This document shows, piece by piece, positions 9,574 through 20,265 of a DNA stretch of 64,000 nt (position 1 is the stretch's first letter; the number at the start of each line of letters is the position of its first letter). The notes under the pieces were generated by a model. That model made no database searches and was not told where the DNA came from. It saw only the letters and a list, made by a program, of their open reading frames with translations. Made by a program: the position numbers and the translations under genes. The DNA is from Fibrobacteria bacterium (GTDB taxonomy: Bacteria > Fibrobacterota > Fibrobacteria > UBA11236 > JADFYW01), in the NCBI GenBank assembly GCA_050294405.1, contig JBNKOC010000024.1, positions 108,193 through 172,192 of the forward strand. The letters are read 5' to 3'.

Positions 9574-10513
9574 TTAAATAACAAATACTTTAACCAATTC
9601 GTTTTTTCCGTAACTAATTACAAGTAAATGATAAACCCCGGAGCTAAAATTTTTCATGGAAATGCGGCCACTTCTTAGCTTTTGAGCACTAAGTAAACCG
9701 CCACCCAAAGAATAAATATGCGCCTCACCATTTAACCCCGCCTGATTAAGCACAGCAAAGTCATTTATAAATCTGGCACTCAGATTTATTGAACGATTGC
9801 TAATTCTGAGACTTTCAATTTCTGTGGAAGAATCCTCCAAGCTATATTGCTTAAAAAAGTTCCAGGCTTCAACGCTTGTGTTAATGGCCGATTGGGTATT
9901 CATGGGCCATTCGTAGCCACCACCCTCCATGGCATCCTGAATTTGCGTTACACCATCCCTACAGTCTGTGTACATGGTCCTTGTAACTCTGGAGTTAGGC
10001 TTGTCAGATGGGTAGGGATCTCCTGGGCACTCCCCGTTCAAAGCCGCAATTAGTATTATTAATTTTTCCTGAAACTGCGGCAACCGCGGCAAATGTATCT
10101 GAATATCGACAGCCGATATTAAAAGTCATAAAGCCGCCCATACTAAACCCTGCAGCATATACTCTGTTTCTGTCCACATTGTGGCTTTCCACCAATACAT
10201 CAATCACTTCCATTAAAAAATTGTAATCCGTTTCCCCGGCTAAATCCCATGCCCTATCTATGGCGTCCGGATACACCACAATGAACTTTTCATCATCGGC
10301 GACATCATTAAAGCGGGTATAACCTACTTTCTGTTCCGCAGTCATGTTATAACCATGAATCATAAAAACAAGCGGAGGGTTTTCACCCACAGCGTCAGGA
10401 ACATGAAGAATATAATGCCGTTCTACACCTTCAATATTAATACTTTGGTCTTGAGAAACAGCCAAACCGGCTGCTATCAGACACAATGCAATTGCCGTTT
10501 CTATTAGTTTCAT
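9574..10513 (-). pseudogene. PHB-depolymerase/LpqC-like secreted esterase, internally deleted and frameshifted
   Basis: 5' part has signal peptide, PLVFMIHG, GFSMGG nucleophile; 3' part in another frame has CP..PYP, GGGYEWP (His to Tyr), WNFFK and a C-terminal sorting-like domain; junction near 10025-10035. Confidence 0.75.
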
Positions 10514-10622
10514 GATATCCTTTCCACTCCGTCAGTTAGTAATTCCGGACAACCCTTTAGCTTTCTAAACTAAGGTCTGGCCGCAAAAACCGCCAGATAA
10601 AAAACCAAAACTTATCTATACC

Positions 10623-11747
10623 CTAATTTTTTGAAGACTCCAAAAAGTCCATATCTATTAATCCTGCGCGCTGTACAGGGAATCTTTGTACCTGTTTTCC
10701 ATTAAGATTATAAATTGCAGCATCCAGCTTTTTATCTTCCTGCAGGAAATTCGAATTTAGGCTTTTTTTTTTAGTTTTGCTTTCTAATATTGAGGTTACC
10801 ATGCCATCAAAATGCAGAGCATCTAAATAAACACCATAGGGACTATTGCTCTTCCAATTATTGCAGCGCTCAATGGCGGTTCCCTCCCCCCACTCATTAA
10901 AGGTTGTGATAAGCTGCCAGGGCTCGCCGGAAGTCACCATTTCCGCCACATTCTGAGTCCAGCGCAGTGGGTCTCTTTCCAGTAGAGGCTCTGCCTGGTC
11001 CGCCTTCCAAAACCCAGGTGCAATAACATAAGAATAGCCTGAATGCTGTTGAGCCGGGCTATCCGGGCCATATTGATGCCAGGTATCTGGTTGGAAAGTG
11101 CAATTCTCATAACCTTCAATAATTTTCAAGCTCACATACCATTCCCCATTGGCTGCCTCTGTCCATCTATTAGCCACTTCGCAACTGTTATCATCGGCGT
11201 TGTAAACAAAAATTACTGGCTTATTATTAACATGGGCATAAACCTGATGAATAACATATTTCTCACGAATATATTTCAAATCCGTTTGTATTTCTTCCAA
11301 ACTCGGATTACCAAACCCTTCTTTTTCATAATACATGGCCCATTTTAAACCTGTGGCCGCTTCCTCAGTTTGATTTAAAATTATAGTTAATCGATTCGAC
11401 TCCGAATGCTCATTAATGCCCCACCAGGAAGCAATTCCCAAGTTTATTTTGGCATACTCCATATCCTGAATATGTTGTTGAACAACCCTTAAATCTTCGC
11501 TGTAATAATTGCCTAGATCCGGTTCATAAAAAACAGGAGAGTTGTTTACTCTCCATGTTTCCGGATACCAGGGATAATAAAAGGCTCCACGAACCGGAAA
11601 GCTAAGGGAGTTTCCGGAAGATTGGGCCAAAACCACCCTATTTCCCAATCCCAAAATAGGGCAAGAACCTATCAAAAGAAGTTTCCAACTCAATCTAATA
11701 AAGTATTTTGTGAGCCAAATTTTTGCAGCGGCAGTATGTGATTTCAT
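10623..11747 (-). CDS. GH99-like glycoside hydrolase, secreted
   Basis: GAFYYPWY, IASWWG, ITTFNEWGEGT (ExxE catalytic motif); C-terminal IYNLNGKQ. Confidence 0.7.
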   Translation of the reverse strand: MKSHTAAAKIWLTKYFIRLSWKLLLIGSCPILGLGNRVVLAQSSGNSLSFPVRGAFYYPWYPETWRVNNSPVFYEPDLGNYYSEDLRVVQQHIQDMEYAKINLGIASWWGINEHSESNRLTIILNQTEEAATGLKWAMYYEKEGFGNPSLEEIQTDLKYIREKYVIHQVYAHVNNKPVIFVYNADDNSCEVANRWTEAANGEWYVSLKIIEGYENCTFQPDTWHQYGPDSPAQQHSGYSYVIAPGFWKADQAEPLLERDPLRWTQNVAEMVTSGEPWQLITTFNEWGEGTAIERCNNWKSNSPYGVYLDALHFDGMVTSILESKTKKKSLNSNFLQEDKKLDAAIYNLNGKQVQRFPVQRAGLIDMDFLESSKN

Positions 11748-12102
11748 TTGAATTGATATTTGGTTTCTAACTATAAAATAAGAAATTAAAGTAATTTTTT
11801 CTTTGTATAAATTACCATTAAAATATTACGCATTCACAGACAATATAAGCCGAGAATATACAATTCCCAACCGGTTGCCTTAAATATCAACCTCTAAAAA
11901 GCCAAATGCTATTAAGCCATCCAATGATATTATTTTTCCAAAACAAGTAAGCCGTTTGAAATCTTTTTCTTCAGTTATTAAAATTATTTTCAAAGCTCCT
12001 AAGTAGCTTTAAATCCGGGACAACATATCAGGGGATAGCCCATTTTAATAGTGAGGAATGTTAATCCGGTCGCCCTTAAATAATATCAGTAAGGGAGAAC
12101 TA

Positions 12103-14271
12103 ATGTTAAAGCTCATTTTTTGTTTTATTTTTGGAATAGTCGGTTTCCCCATGGCTCAGGATTGGATTCCCGAACAGGGAGCCTATTACCGCATAGTGTT
12201 TTTGCACAGTGGAAAATGCATCCGCCCCATAAATGCCTCTTTGGGAAATACAGAAGCAGAACAATGGGAAGTGAATCCAGCAGACGACACCCAGCTTTGG
12301 CGTTTTGAACATGTTAATGGAGACTACTATGTAGGGGTAAACAAGGCCAGTGGAAAAGCTTTTGATATTTTTGACGCCAGCCCAAATGATATTGTCGGTG
12401 TTTGGACTCAGCACAACGGTTTAAACCAGCAGATTAGATTTTCAGCCAATGGCGCACCCAGCGGCTATTACTTTATGTTTGATAATCGGGAAAATAAGAC
12501 TCTTGATGTTACTGGAGCCAGTCAGGCTAATGGAGCCAGAATAATATCCTATCCTCAAAAAAGCTATGGAATTGAAAATCAAGTGGTTCGCTTTGTTAAA
12601 GAAGAAAATAATAATGTGACACCCGTTCCTGGTGGCATATATTCTGTAAAATATGTCCACAGTCAAAAATGTTTAGCCGTTGAAAATGCCAGCACCGCAA
12701 ATGCCGCTAACGTTGAACAACAAACTTGCAGCGGTGGCTTGGAGCAAAAATTAAAACTCATAGAAGAAAATGGCTATTATGGTTTGGAATTTCAGCATAG
12801 CAATCAGATGTTGGATATAGAAGGATTCAGTTATGCAAACGGGGCCAATGCCCTCCAATGGCCGTTAAAAACCTCTGGCGATAGAAGCAATCAACTTTTT
12901 CAATTAATTGATTATGGGGATGGCACTTATAGCTTTGTTTACATGCACAGTGGCCAATGTGTGGACATTGCAGCAGTAAGCGCAGCAGATGGCGCCAATG
13001 TATTGCAATGGCCATGTAAACCCTACCCTGATAATACAAACCAAAGGTTCATTTTTGTTTTAGATGAAAATACAATGGTGGACGCCCGCGATGGACAGAG
13101 CTATAAAACCGCTATCATCGGCAACCAAACCTGGATGGCCGAAAATTTAAATTTTGATCCCGGATATGGAAGCGGACATTGGTGCTACGACAACGACCCT
13201 GCTAATTGCGATAATTATGGACGTCTGTATCAGTGGGGAGCGGCAATGGACTTGAACCCCGTCTATAGCGATGAAACCGAATGGTTTGGTTCTGATGTGG
13301 AACATCAGGGAGTATGTCCTGATGGCTGGCATATTCCGAGTGATGACGATTGGAAGAGCTTCGAGTTGGCTCTTGGTATGAGCCAAGCCGATGTGGATGC
13401 CACTGGCTTTAGAGGCACCAACCAGGGCAGCCAGTTAAAGGCCAGCTCGTTTAATGGAACAGACAATTATGGATTTGAGGCTTTGGGCCATGGATACTAC
13501 CAAGGCTTTTACCAATACTTTTCAGCCATCGGTAGCACTTCGCCTTTTTGGACTTCTTCCAAAAGCAATATCAATGGAAACTCCAACTGGAGCGCCTGGT
13601 CCCGGGTTCTCAATTTAACAAGCAATCAAATTGTACGCAGCCATCAAAATAAAGATTTTGGGTATGCAGTGCGTTGTCTAAAACTAAGCTCTCAACCCAC
13701 TTCTCATTTTACAGATTCCAGAGATAGCCAAATCTATAAAAAAGTTAGCATTGGAAATCAAACATGGATGGCGGAAAATCTGAATTACAACCCCTCTACA
13801 GGAACATCACGTTGTCCCAATGACGACCCCGCTAATTGCGATATTTATGGTCGCATTTATTCCTGGGCAGATGTTATGGGGGTTTCTGGAACTTACAACA
13901 ATTCTCTTTGGGGAGGCTCAGATGCTAACCACCAGGGAATATGCCCTCCAGGCTGGCGGGTACCCTCGGAATATGATTGGCAGCAATTAGAATCAGCTGT
14001 GGGCGGATGGTTTTACGGGGGGCAAAAACTTAAAAAATACAGTCCCCTTTGGTTAACAGATCCCAACTTGCAGGTATCCAATTATCCCACAGATGACTAT
14101 GGATTTGCAGCCCTTCCCGATTACAATTCAAACTTTGGTTTTTACTGGTTCGCCACTGAAAATTCAGCCACAACCGCTCAAGTCACCTATTTGTACGATA
14201 TCATCAATGAAATCAGATACACTAGTTTTGGTAAAAATAATGAAAAGGCATTGCGATGTATTGAAAATTAA
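12103..14271 (+). CDS. Secreted protein with 2 RICIN beta-trefoil lectin domains and 2 FISUMP (Fib_succ_major) domains
   Basis: HSGKC, QLW, NQQ, HSGQCVDI ricin repeats; two DxRDxQxYK...IGNQTWMAENLN...YGRxYxW...GxCPxGW..PS..(D)W...RC domains; RBS AAGGGAG before ATG 12103. Confidence 0.9.
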   Translation: MLKLIFCFIFGIVGFPMAQDWIPEQGAYYRIVFLHSGKCIRPINASLGNTEAEQWEVNPADDTQLWRFEHVNGDYYVGVNKASGKAFDIFDASPNDIVGVWTQHNGLNQQIRFSANGAPSGYYFMFDNRENKTLDVTGASQANGARIISYPQKSYGIENQVVRFVKEENNNVTPVPGGIYSVKYVHSQKCLAVENASTANAANVEQQTCSGGLEQKLKLIEENGYYGLEFQHSNQMLDIEGFSYANGANALQWPLKTSGDRSNQLFQLIDYGDGTYSFVYMHSGQCVDIAAVSAADGANVLQWPCKPYPDNTNQRFIFVLDENTMVDARDGQSYKTAIIGNQTWMAENLNFDPGYGSGHWCYDNDPANCDNYGRLYQWGAAMDLNPVYSDETEWFGSDVEHQGVCPDGWHIPSDDDWKSFELALGMSQADVDATGFRGTNQGSQLKASSFNGTDNYGFEALGHGYYQGFYQYFSAIGSTSPFWTSSKSNINGNSNWSAWSRVLNLTSNQIVRSHQNKDFGYAVRCLKLSSQPTSHFTDSRDSQIYKKVSIGNQTWMAENLNYNPSTGTSRCPNDDPANCDIYGRIYSWADVMGVSGTYNNSLWGGSDANHQGICPPGWRVPSEYDWQQLESAVGGWFYGGQKLKKYSPLWLTDPNLQVSNYPTDDYGFAALPDYNSNFGFYWFATENSATTAQVTYLYDIINEIRYTSFGKNNEKALRCIEN

Positions 14272-14296
14272 AATGGAAGCAGCTAATTACATTGAG

Positions 14297-14321
14297 AGAG
14301 GGCCTTTGGCCCTCTTTTTTT
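14297..14321 (+). terminator. Rho-independent terminator
   Basis: AGAGGGCC-TTT-GGCCCTCT followed by a T-run, between convergent genes. Confidence 0.8.
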
Positions 14322-14333
14322 ATATCAAAATAT

Positions 14334-16094
14334 TTATTTGGTCAGATATACTTTATGGCTTTGAACGTTATTACCCGCTTTAAATACAGCTAAATACAAA
14401 CCAGCTTTAGCAGAAATTTCACTTCGATTTAAAGTGTAATTTCCAGCTTGCTGTTCTTCTGAAATAACATTTGCAGCAAGGCTTCCGTTTAAATTATAAA
14501 GTTTGAAGGAAACAAACTCAGGCTTTGGAAGATGGTAGCTTATATTTCCATTAGCCGAAACATCCAATTGAAAACTAACCGGCAAATTTATCTTAACATC
14601 TACGGCAGTTCCAGGAAAAGCAACTTCAGGAGCATTCCATAATTTTTCCAATAAGGTCATTTTCCTTTGATCCACGCCACTCCAGCTTCCCCAACCCTCT
14701 TTGTTGGAAACCGGGTCATAGGAAGAGCTATAAAGCCCATAAGTATCCGCAGATTCAGGATTAATGGACCAATAAAAAGAGTCATAAATTCCTTCACGCA
14801 TCATATAATCCACAAAGGCATTTTGCCATTGTTGATCAGTCGTTTTGTCTGTGAGGTAGCTGAACCTGGTTTGGTGACGGAGTTCGGATTTATTGGGCCA
14901 ATCCATATTTCCACCCCACTCGCCAATAGCAATAGCATAGCCCTTAGCCCGCAAATACCCAAAATGCTCATGCCAGCCCCTGTCTAAAATGCCTTGGTTA
15001 ATAACGATGTTACATTTAGTATCCCCAAAGGCCTCTCCATCCAAACCTGCGCATTCAGGTTGAGCGGTAAGATCCGCAAACATCTGTTGAACAAACACAG
15101 AAGGTCCATAGGTATGAGGAGAATAAACAAGTTTGCTTTTAGGCATTGAGGGAGGCACCCAACCCGCCTCGTGTAAGTTTTCGCCCCAGTTAGGGTTTAG
15201 ACTTAAATCACCATGAGGACTGGGTATTGTGGTTTCGGGAGTGCCGTCTTGAGAACCACTGGAACTGCCTATACCCTGCGCAAATATAAGAATGTTAGGG
15301 TTCACGGCACTTATGGCTGCATAGGCTTGGTCGATTAAAGAACGCCATTCTGCCCAACTATAATCCCAGGGTTCATTAAAAATGTCAATGCCCATAATAT
15401 TGTCAACCCCGATCTCTGTTCCAAGAGTGGCCAGTTTTTGTAAATCCGCCAACCATTTCGTAACATCATAGGCCTGCACCGTGCTAACCGTACTGGGGTT
15501 TCCGGTTGCGGAACAAGAATACTCTTCACGGGTAAAATTATATTGTTCTCGATTTCCGTCTACATATGGAGGACGCGCATCCAGGCGACCAGCTCTCCAG
15601 CCAATATAATTAGAGCAAGAATGCATATCTAACATAACATATAATCCGGCATCTGAAAGAGCTTTAATTGTTTGTTTTAAAGCTGTAAAGGCGCCTTCTA
15701 TTCTTACTGATTCGGCATTTTTTAAATTGGGACTTTTGCCTTGGGGATTATTATCATCCAAAGTTTGAGGAGCCACTGGCAATCTTATACTATTGAAACC
15801 CAAATTCTTAATTTCCACAGCATCATCTTCCAAAGTTCTGCCACTTTCATTCCAAAACATATTTCCGATATACATTTCCATGGGAGCGCCATTGGGATTT
15901 GTGGCGTCATCAGGTGATTCGTGACGGCCTTCCAGTCCGAACCAGGAGCCACCTTTTATCCGAAAAATCTGCCCATTTAATGTGATATTGCCTTTGTCAT
16001 CTACAGCCCATACATTTTGGGCTTGTACTGCGGAGCAAAAGGCGACTGATAAAATTATTGCAAAAGATATTGCACTGTTCCTTATGGATATCAT
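14334..16094 (-). CDS. GH5 cellulase/cellodextrinase with C-terminal sorting-like domain
   Basis: SWFGLEGRHE, GFNSIRLP, LDMH, DIFNEP (acid/base), YSPHTYG, IGEWGG (nucleophile), FYWS. Confidence 0.9.
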   Translation of the reverse strand: MISIRNSAISFAIILSVAFCSAVQAQNVWAVDDKGNITLNGQIFRIKGGSWFGLEGRHESPDDATNPNGAPMEMYIGNMFWNESGRTLEDDAVEIKNLGFNSIRLPVAPQTLDDNNPQGKSPNLKNAESVRIEGAFTALKQTIKALSDAGLYVMLDMHSCSNYIGWRAGRLDARPPYVDGNREQYNFTREEYSCSATGNPSTVSTVQAYDVTKWLADLQKLATLGTEIGVDNIMGIDIFNEPWDYSWAEWRSLIDQAYAAISAVNPNILIFAQGIGSSSGSQDGTPETTIPSPHGDLSLNPNWGENLHEAGWVPPSMPKSKLVYSPHTYGPSVFVQQMFADLTAQPECAGLDGEAFGDTKCNIVINQGILDRGWHEHFGYLRAKGYAIAIGEWGGNMDWPNKSELRHQTRFSYLTDKTTDQQWQNAFVDYMMREGIYDSFYWSINPESADTYGLYSSSYDPVSNKEGWGSWSGVDQRKMTLLEKLWNAPEVAFPGTAVDVKINLPVSFQLDVSANGNISYHLPKPEFVSFKLYNLNGSLAANVISEEQQAGNYTLNRSEISAKAGLYLAVFKAGNNVQSHKVYLTK

Positions 16095-16520
16095 AAGAAA
16101 TCCCCCCGGTTTAATTTATAACAGCTCTGCTGAAAGACTTCCCTATTCCCTCAGTTTGGTATCCAGAGCCTTAATTTTATTATATAGCCTATTTGAAAAT
16201 AAACATAAGAAAAAACGTTTTTTTCGAAGTTTTTCAGCTAGTTTCCCGCAATATATATTGACGAATTTGATGTTTTTAAGGCTTATGTAATAAAAAAGAT
16301 GGGAATCTACCAAGTACCCCAAAATCCACAAAGCCTTTGGTTCCTCTATTTATAAGCTGTCAGAGGCCGATGTAGTTTACTTATTTTAAACAATACATCC
16401 TATTATTAATAGGTATTTAATTTCGTTAAACAAATAAGCGCAAACATTGGAATAGCCGTAGGTAGGAATGCATCTATTTTGGTATTAAATCAATTACATA
16501 TATGATTCTTTTATACCAAA

Positions 16521-17807
16521 TTAAGGGCCGCAGCTTGTAAAAACTTCCGAATTATAAAATAGTTGCCATACGCCATTCTCGAGATTTAACAAGAACAACC
16601 CCCTGTCATTTCCGACTTCCCCAAATACAATAGTTGTACTACTCGCAGATTTATAAATACTAAGAGGCAAAAAACCAGGACGGCTATCAGAGGGAGATTG
16701 TTTAAAAACCAATTTGCCCTTATAAAACAAATAGCCTACGCCATATTTAGGCGTATAAAGCATTAGTTGCAGGAAATCACCATATCGTTCAAATTTGAAT
16801 TGAGGATGTTTCGTGCTGAATTCCTTCACAAAGCCTTTTGCTCTATCAAAATCAGAGTTATCTGATATTAAAATAAGGTTTCCTTCCTGCCTCCAATAAC
16901 TTTGAACCTTTTTTTCACCAAAATTCTTATTATAATCTGACTCCCTAATCCATTGGATTGGCTCTATCCAATTTAAAACATTGGGTGGCATTATTGGCTC
17001 AAAGGATTTTACGTTTTCAAACTGTTTAACATCCTGACTGTCCAGAACCATTGTTCCAAAATCTTTAAGAGGTCTTTCCAGATTATATACAGCAATATAA
17101 ACGCACTCCCTGGAACATGGTAGAAATGGAGCCCATAAATCAGACTTTTTGCATTCCTTTTCTAGGTATTTAAGGTTTCCATGCGAATAATCCTTCGAAT
17201 CAAAGAAAAGAGCTTTTTGTAGTTTTTCTAATTTTAACAAGCCATTTTCCAAATCATATAATCTTCTACTTTCCAGAATTAGTTTTACTTTTTTTTCTTT
17301 GGGACCTAGCGATGTATAGCTAAATACTTCCGGCACACTAGAGTCACTGAATTGATTTTTGGGGAGGTACATTCTTTTCCAATTGAATTTAAAATATTGT
17401 TTTCGTTTAAATTCAAGTGAATTCCCCAAAGTGTCAAAGGCCTGGATATACCTAAACTTGTTTTCGTTTTTATTTGGGTATAAATACAGGAAATTAGTAA
17501 ACACACTGTCTGTTTCTATATAGGCACATTTGAGATCAATGGTTTGGCCATTTATGAGCAACTCTTTTTTGCCTTTACTCCACGGGCAAGCTTTTACGGT
17601 AATCGAGTCTATTGTTACGGCATCTTCAAGCTCAAAGTACAACTCATTCTTTGGCTCACAAAACCGCATCATTCTCTTTCCCAGAGTTATTTTTTCCAAA
17701 ACTGTTTGCACTGTGGAAGTATCAATACATGTAAGTGCATCGCTCCATACATTCGAAAATTGAATACAAAGTAACACAACAATTTTACTTATAAAGATTT
17801 TCAACAT
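16521..17807 (-). CDS. Hypothetical secreted protein
   Basis: Long AT-rich ORF with signal-like N-terminus from MLKIFISK; no motif recognised. Confidence 0.6.
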   Translation of the reverse strand: MLKIFISKIVVLLCIQFSNVWSDALTCIDTSTVQTVLEKITLGKRMMRFCEPKNELYFELEDAVTIDSITVKACPWSKGKKELLINGQTIDLKCAYIETDSVFTNFLYLYPNKNENKFRYIQAFDTLGNSLEFKRKQYFKFNWKRMYLPKNQFSDSSVPEVFSYTSLGPKEKKVKLILESRRLYDLENGLLKLEKLQKALFFDSKDYSHGNLKYLEKECKKSDLWAPFLPCSRECVYIAVYNLERPLKDFGTMVLDSQDVKQFENVKSFEPIMPPNVLNWIEPIQWIRESDYNKNFGEKKVQSYWRQEGNLILISDNSDFDRAKGFVKEFSTKHPQFKFERYGDFLQLMLYTPKYGVGYLFYKGKLVFKQSPSDSRPGFLPLSIYKSASSTTIVFGEVGNDRGLFLLNLENGVWQLFYNSEVFTSCGP

Positions 17808-17946
17808 GTTTTTTCCTAGGCTCAGGAGTTTGCTGAAATCACAAAAGATTAATTTCTTAAATAAATTAAGCATTATCCGCTTTTAAAGCCAGCCGCAAAA
17901 TGACTATATTTAAAACCGATAGGTATTTGAACCCGGGGGGGACTTT

Positions 17947-19428
17947 ATGTTACGAACTATTGCATCAGCTGCAGTATTAATCACCGCAACTACAATTTTT
18001 TCTCAAACCATAAATGTTTCGGGTAACATCAAAGACATCAACGGCAACGCCATATCCGGAGCTATTGTCCATTTAAAAACCGCGGACTTGAGTGACACAA
18101 CTGGAAGTGATGGTAATTACCAGATTAATTTCATCCCTACTTCCCTAATCCCCCACCCTATTTCTCATGGGAAGATAAAAATGGAAAGCGGTATTCTGGA
18201 AGCTCAACTGGAAAAGCAGGCAAAAATCAAACTGGATATTCTGGATGTTAACGGAAACCTGGTTGGATCAGAGCACAACAATAATGCCACTCCAGGTTAC
18301 CACCGCTGGGATTTGGACCGCAATTTTTCCGGCCAGCAACTTTTAATAGTACTGCTTTCCATCGACAACCAAGTATTCAGTTTTCGATATCTTCCTTTGG
18401 GAACCCTTGGCAAACTAAATACATCAAACAATAACCACCAAAACAATAAAGCTCTCAGCAAATCCAGTTTAGCCCCAGATACTTTAGAAATAAGCGCAGA
18501 CGGTTATTTCTCCCGGTCCATCTCTCTTGCCAGCCAGGAAATGGAACAGGATGCTATAATGTACAAAGACAATGGCAAAACTCCTCCGGGGCCAAGTGAA
18601 GGTTGTGGACAAGGATTGGGAGATTTAACCAGCGATTACCGGAGCATTAACAGCAACAGCGATGACAGAGATTACTATTTAGATATACCTGAAAATTACA
18701 ACCCAAATTACCCTCATCGACTCTTTTTTGCCATGCATTGGGGAGGCGGCAATTATACTCAAATGGTAGACGGTATTGTGGAATGGGGACAGGGAACTGG
18801 ACCGGAATACGCGTTTTATGGGTTGAAACACCGCTCCCAATTGGCAGAAGAGCCTTCCATATTTATAGCGCCAAATGGCATTGATGGCCGTTGGACGGAA
18901 GCGGCGCACCCTTTGTTTGATAATTTACTGGCCTTCGCCAAGAAAAACCTTTGTATAGATACAACCCGCGTTTTTTCAACAGGTTTTAGCTTTGGCGGCA
19001 TGATAACTTATTCCCTATCCACAAACCATCAAAAGGATTTACGGGCGGTGGTAGGACTTGCTCCAGCTAACTATGTGATTTATTTGCCAGAAAAAGTTGA
19101 AGAACCAATTGCTTACATGAGCGCCACAGGCATGGATGATACAACCTGCCCCTGGGATGCCGGAGACAATGAAAGGGGCGCGAAATTTGCGCTTTTAGAA
19201 AAGGCCACGGATAATGGCTGCGACATTCCTAATGATATTCCTACAACATTTTCGGGAAGCCGAACACATATGTGTTATGAATTTGAAGGATGTATGGAAG
19301 GTTATCCGGTTGTGGGTTGTACATTTGACGGAGGCCATATTGCCAATGTGGGCGATGGCGGGACAGGAAATGTAGGCGGCGATAGCTGGATCGTAAAAGA
19401 ATCTTGGGATTTTTTCGCCCAATTTTAG
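17947..19428 (+). CDS. Secreted alpha/beta-hydrolase (CE1/feruloyl-esterase-like) with N-terminal Ig-like module
   Basis: PSEGCG, YNPNYPHRLFFAMHW, LCIDTTRVFSTGFSFGG, FDGGH, WDFFAQF. Confidence 0.8.
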   Translation: MLRTIASAAVLITATTIFSQTINVSGNIKDINGNAISGAIVHLKTADLSDTTGSDGNYQINFIPTSLIPHPISHGKIKMESGILEAQLEKQAKIKLDILDVNGNLVGSEHNNNATPGYHRWDLDRNFSGQQLLIVLLSIDNQVFSFRYLPLGTLGKLNTSNNNHQNNKALSKSSLAPDTLEISADGYFSRSISLASQEMEQDAIMYKDNGKTPPGPSEGCGQGLGDLTSDYRSINSNSDDRDYYLDIPENYNPNYPHRLFFAMHWGGGNYTQMVDGIVEWGQGTGPEYAFYGLKHRSQLAEEPSIFIAPNGIDGRWTEAAHPLFDNLLAFAKKNLCIDTTRVFSTGFSFGGMITYSLSTNHQKDLRAVVGLAPANYVIYLPEKVEEPIAYMSATGMDDTTCPWDAGDNERGAKFALLEKATDNGCDIPNDIPTTFSGSRTHMCYEFEGCMEGYPVVGCTFDGGHIANVGDGGTGNVGGDSWIVKESWDFFAQF

Positions 19429-19541
19429 CCAAAATTATTGGCAACATTTTTGCGTCAATTGGATGTGGATTGGATCCATATTTGCTTGTATTGACTTTCT
19501 CCAATAAAAATATATGCTAATAAGAAAGGAGGTTCATAATT

Positions 19542-19940
19542 ATGAATTATTGGTCAGAACTCAAATCTAAGCTTACCAATGGAAATCCCGATTATTTTGC
19601 AAAAGCAAAAAAGCTTGGAGATTTGCTGGTATCTAAAGCTAAGGAAGGAAGTGAGTTTCTTGCCTCGAAGTCAAAAGAAGAAATAGAAATCCTGAAACTC
19701 AAATATTCCTTACATCAGAATCACTCAAAATTAACAGATGCTTTAGCAGATGTCGCTAGCCTTTCCCTCAACATGTATAAGAATAAAAAAGATTTTTACT
19801 CGGATGAGGATTTTAAAAAGAAGGTTGAATTGGCAGCTGATATCGAGATGCTTTGTAAGCAATTAGAGGATGAGCTTAAAAAGAAAAATGCCAAACCTCA
19901 TTTTGAAAGGGAAACCGAAGAACCGGTTACACCTTATTAA
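19542..19940 (+). CDS. Hypothetical coiled-coil protein
   Basis: Strong RBS AAGGAGG; K/E-rich helical sequence. Confidence 0.7.
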   Translation: MNYWSELKSKLTNGNPDYFAKAKKLGDLLVSKAKEGSEFLASKSKEEIEILKLKYSLHQNHSKLTDALADVASLSLNMYKNKKDFYSDEDFKKKVELAADIEMLCKQLEDELKKKNAKPHFERETEEPVTPY

Positions 19941-20265
19941 GTTTGGCATTAGGAGCGTGGCCTAGTCATCTGCATCGATGCTACGGCAAAAATTTAGGTG
20001 ACTCTGCTTTCGCTCCAAATTAATACATTTATTGTAGGGAATTATTCCGGTTTTAATCTATTAACTAATGTTTTAAAACTGGAAATCCCCACAATAGACA
20101 ATCCAAGTAATATTCCATAAAATTCTAAAAGACCCAAATCATAACATTTTGTTTTTTGGCTTCCATATATTAATTAACATGTAAACCATTAACGAGACAA
20201 AAACTATGGATACCGGCCAAAAATCTTTGTGATAACTATCAAGCACATACAAACAAGCCTTTCTG

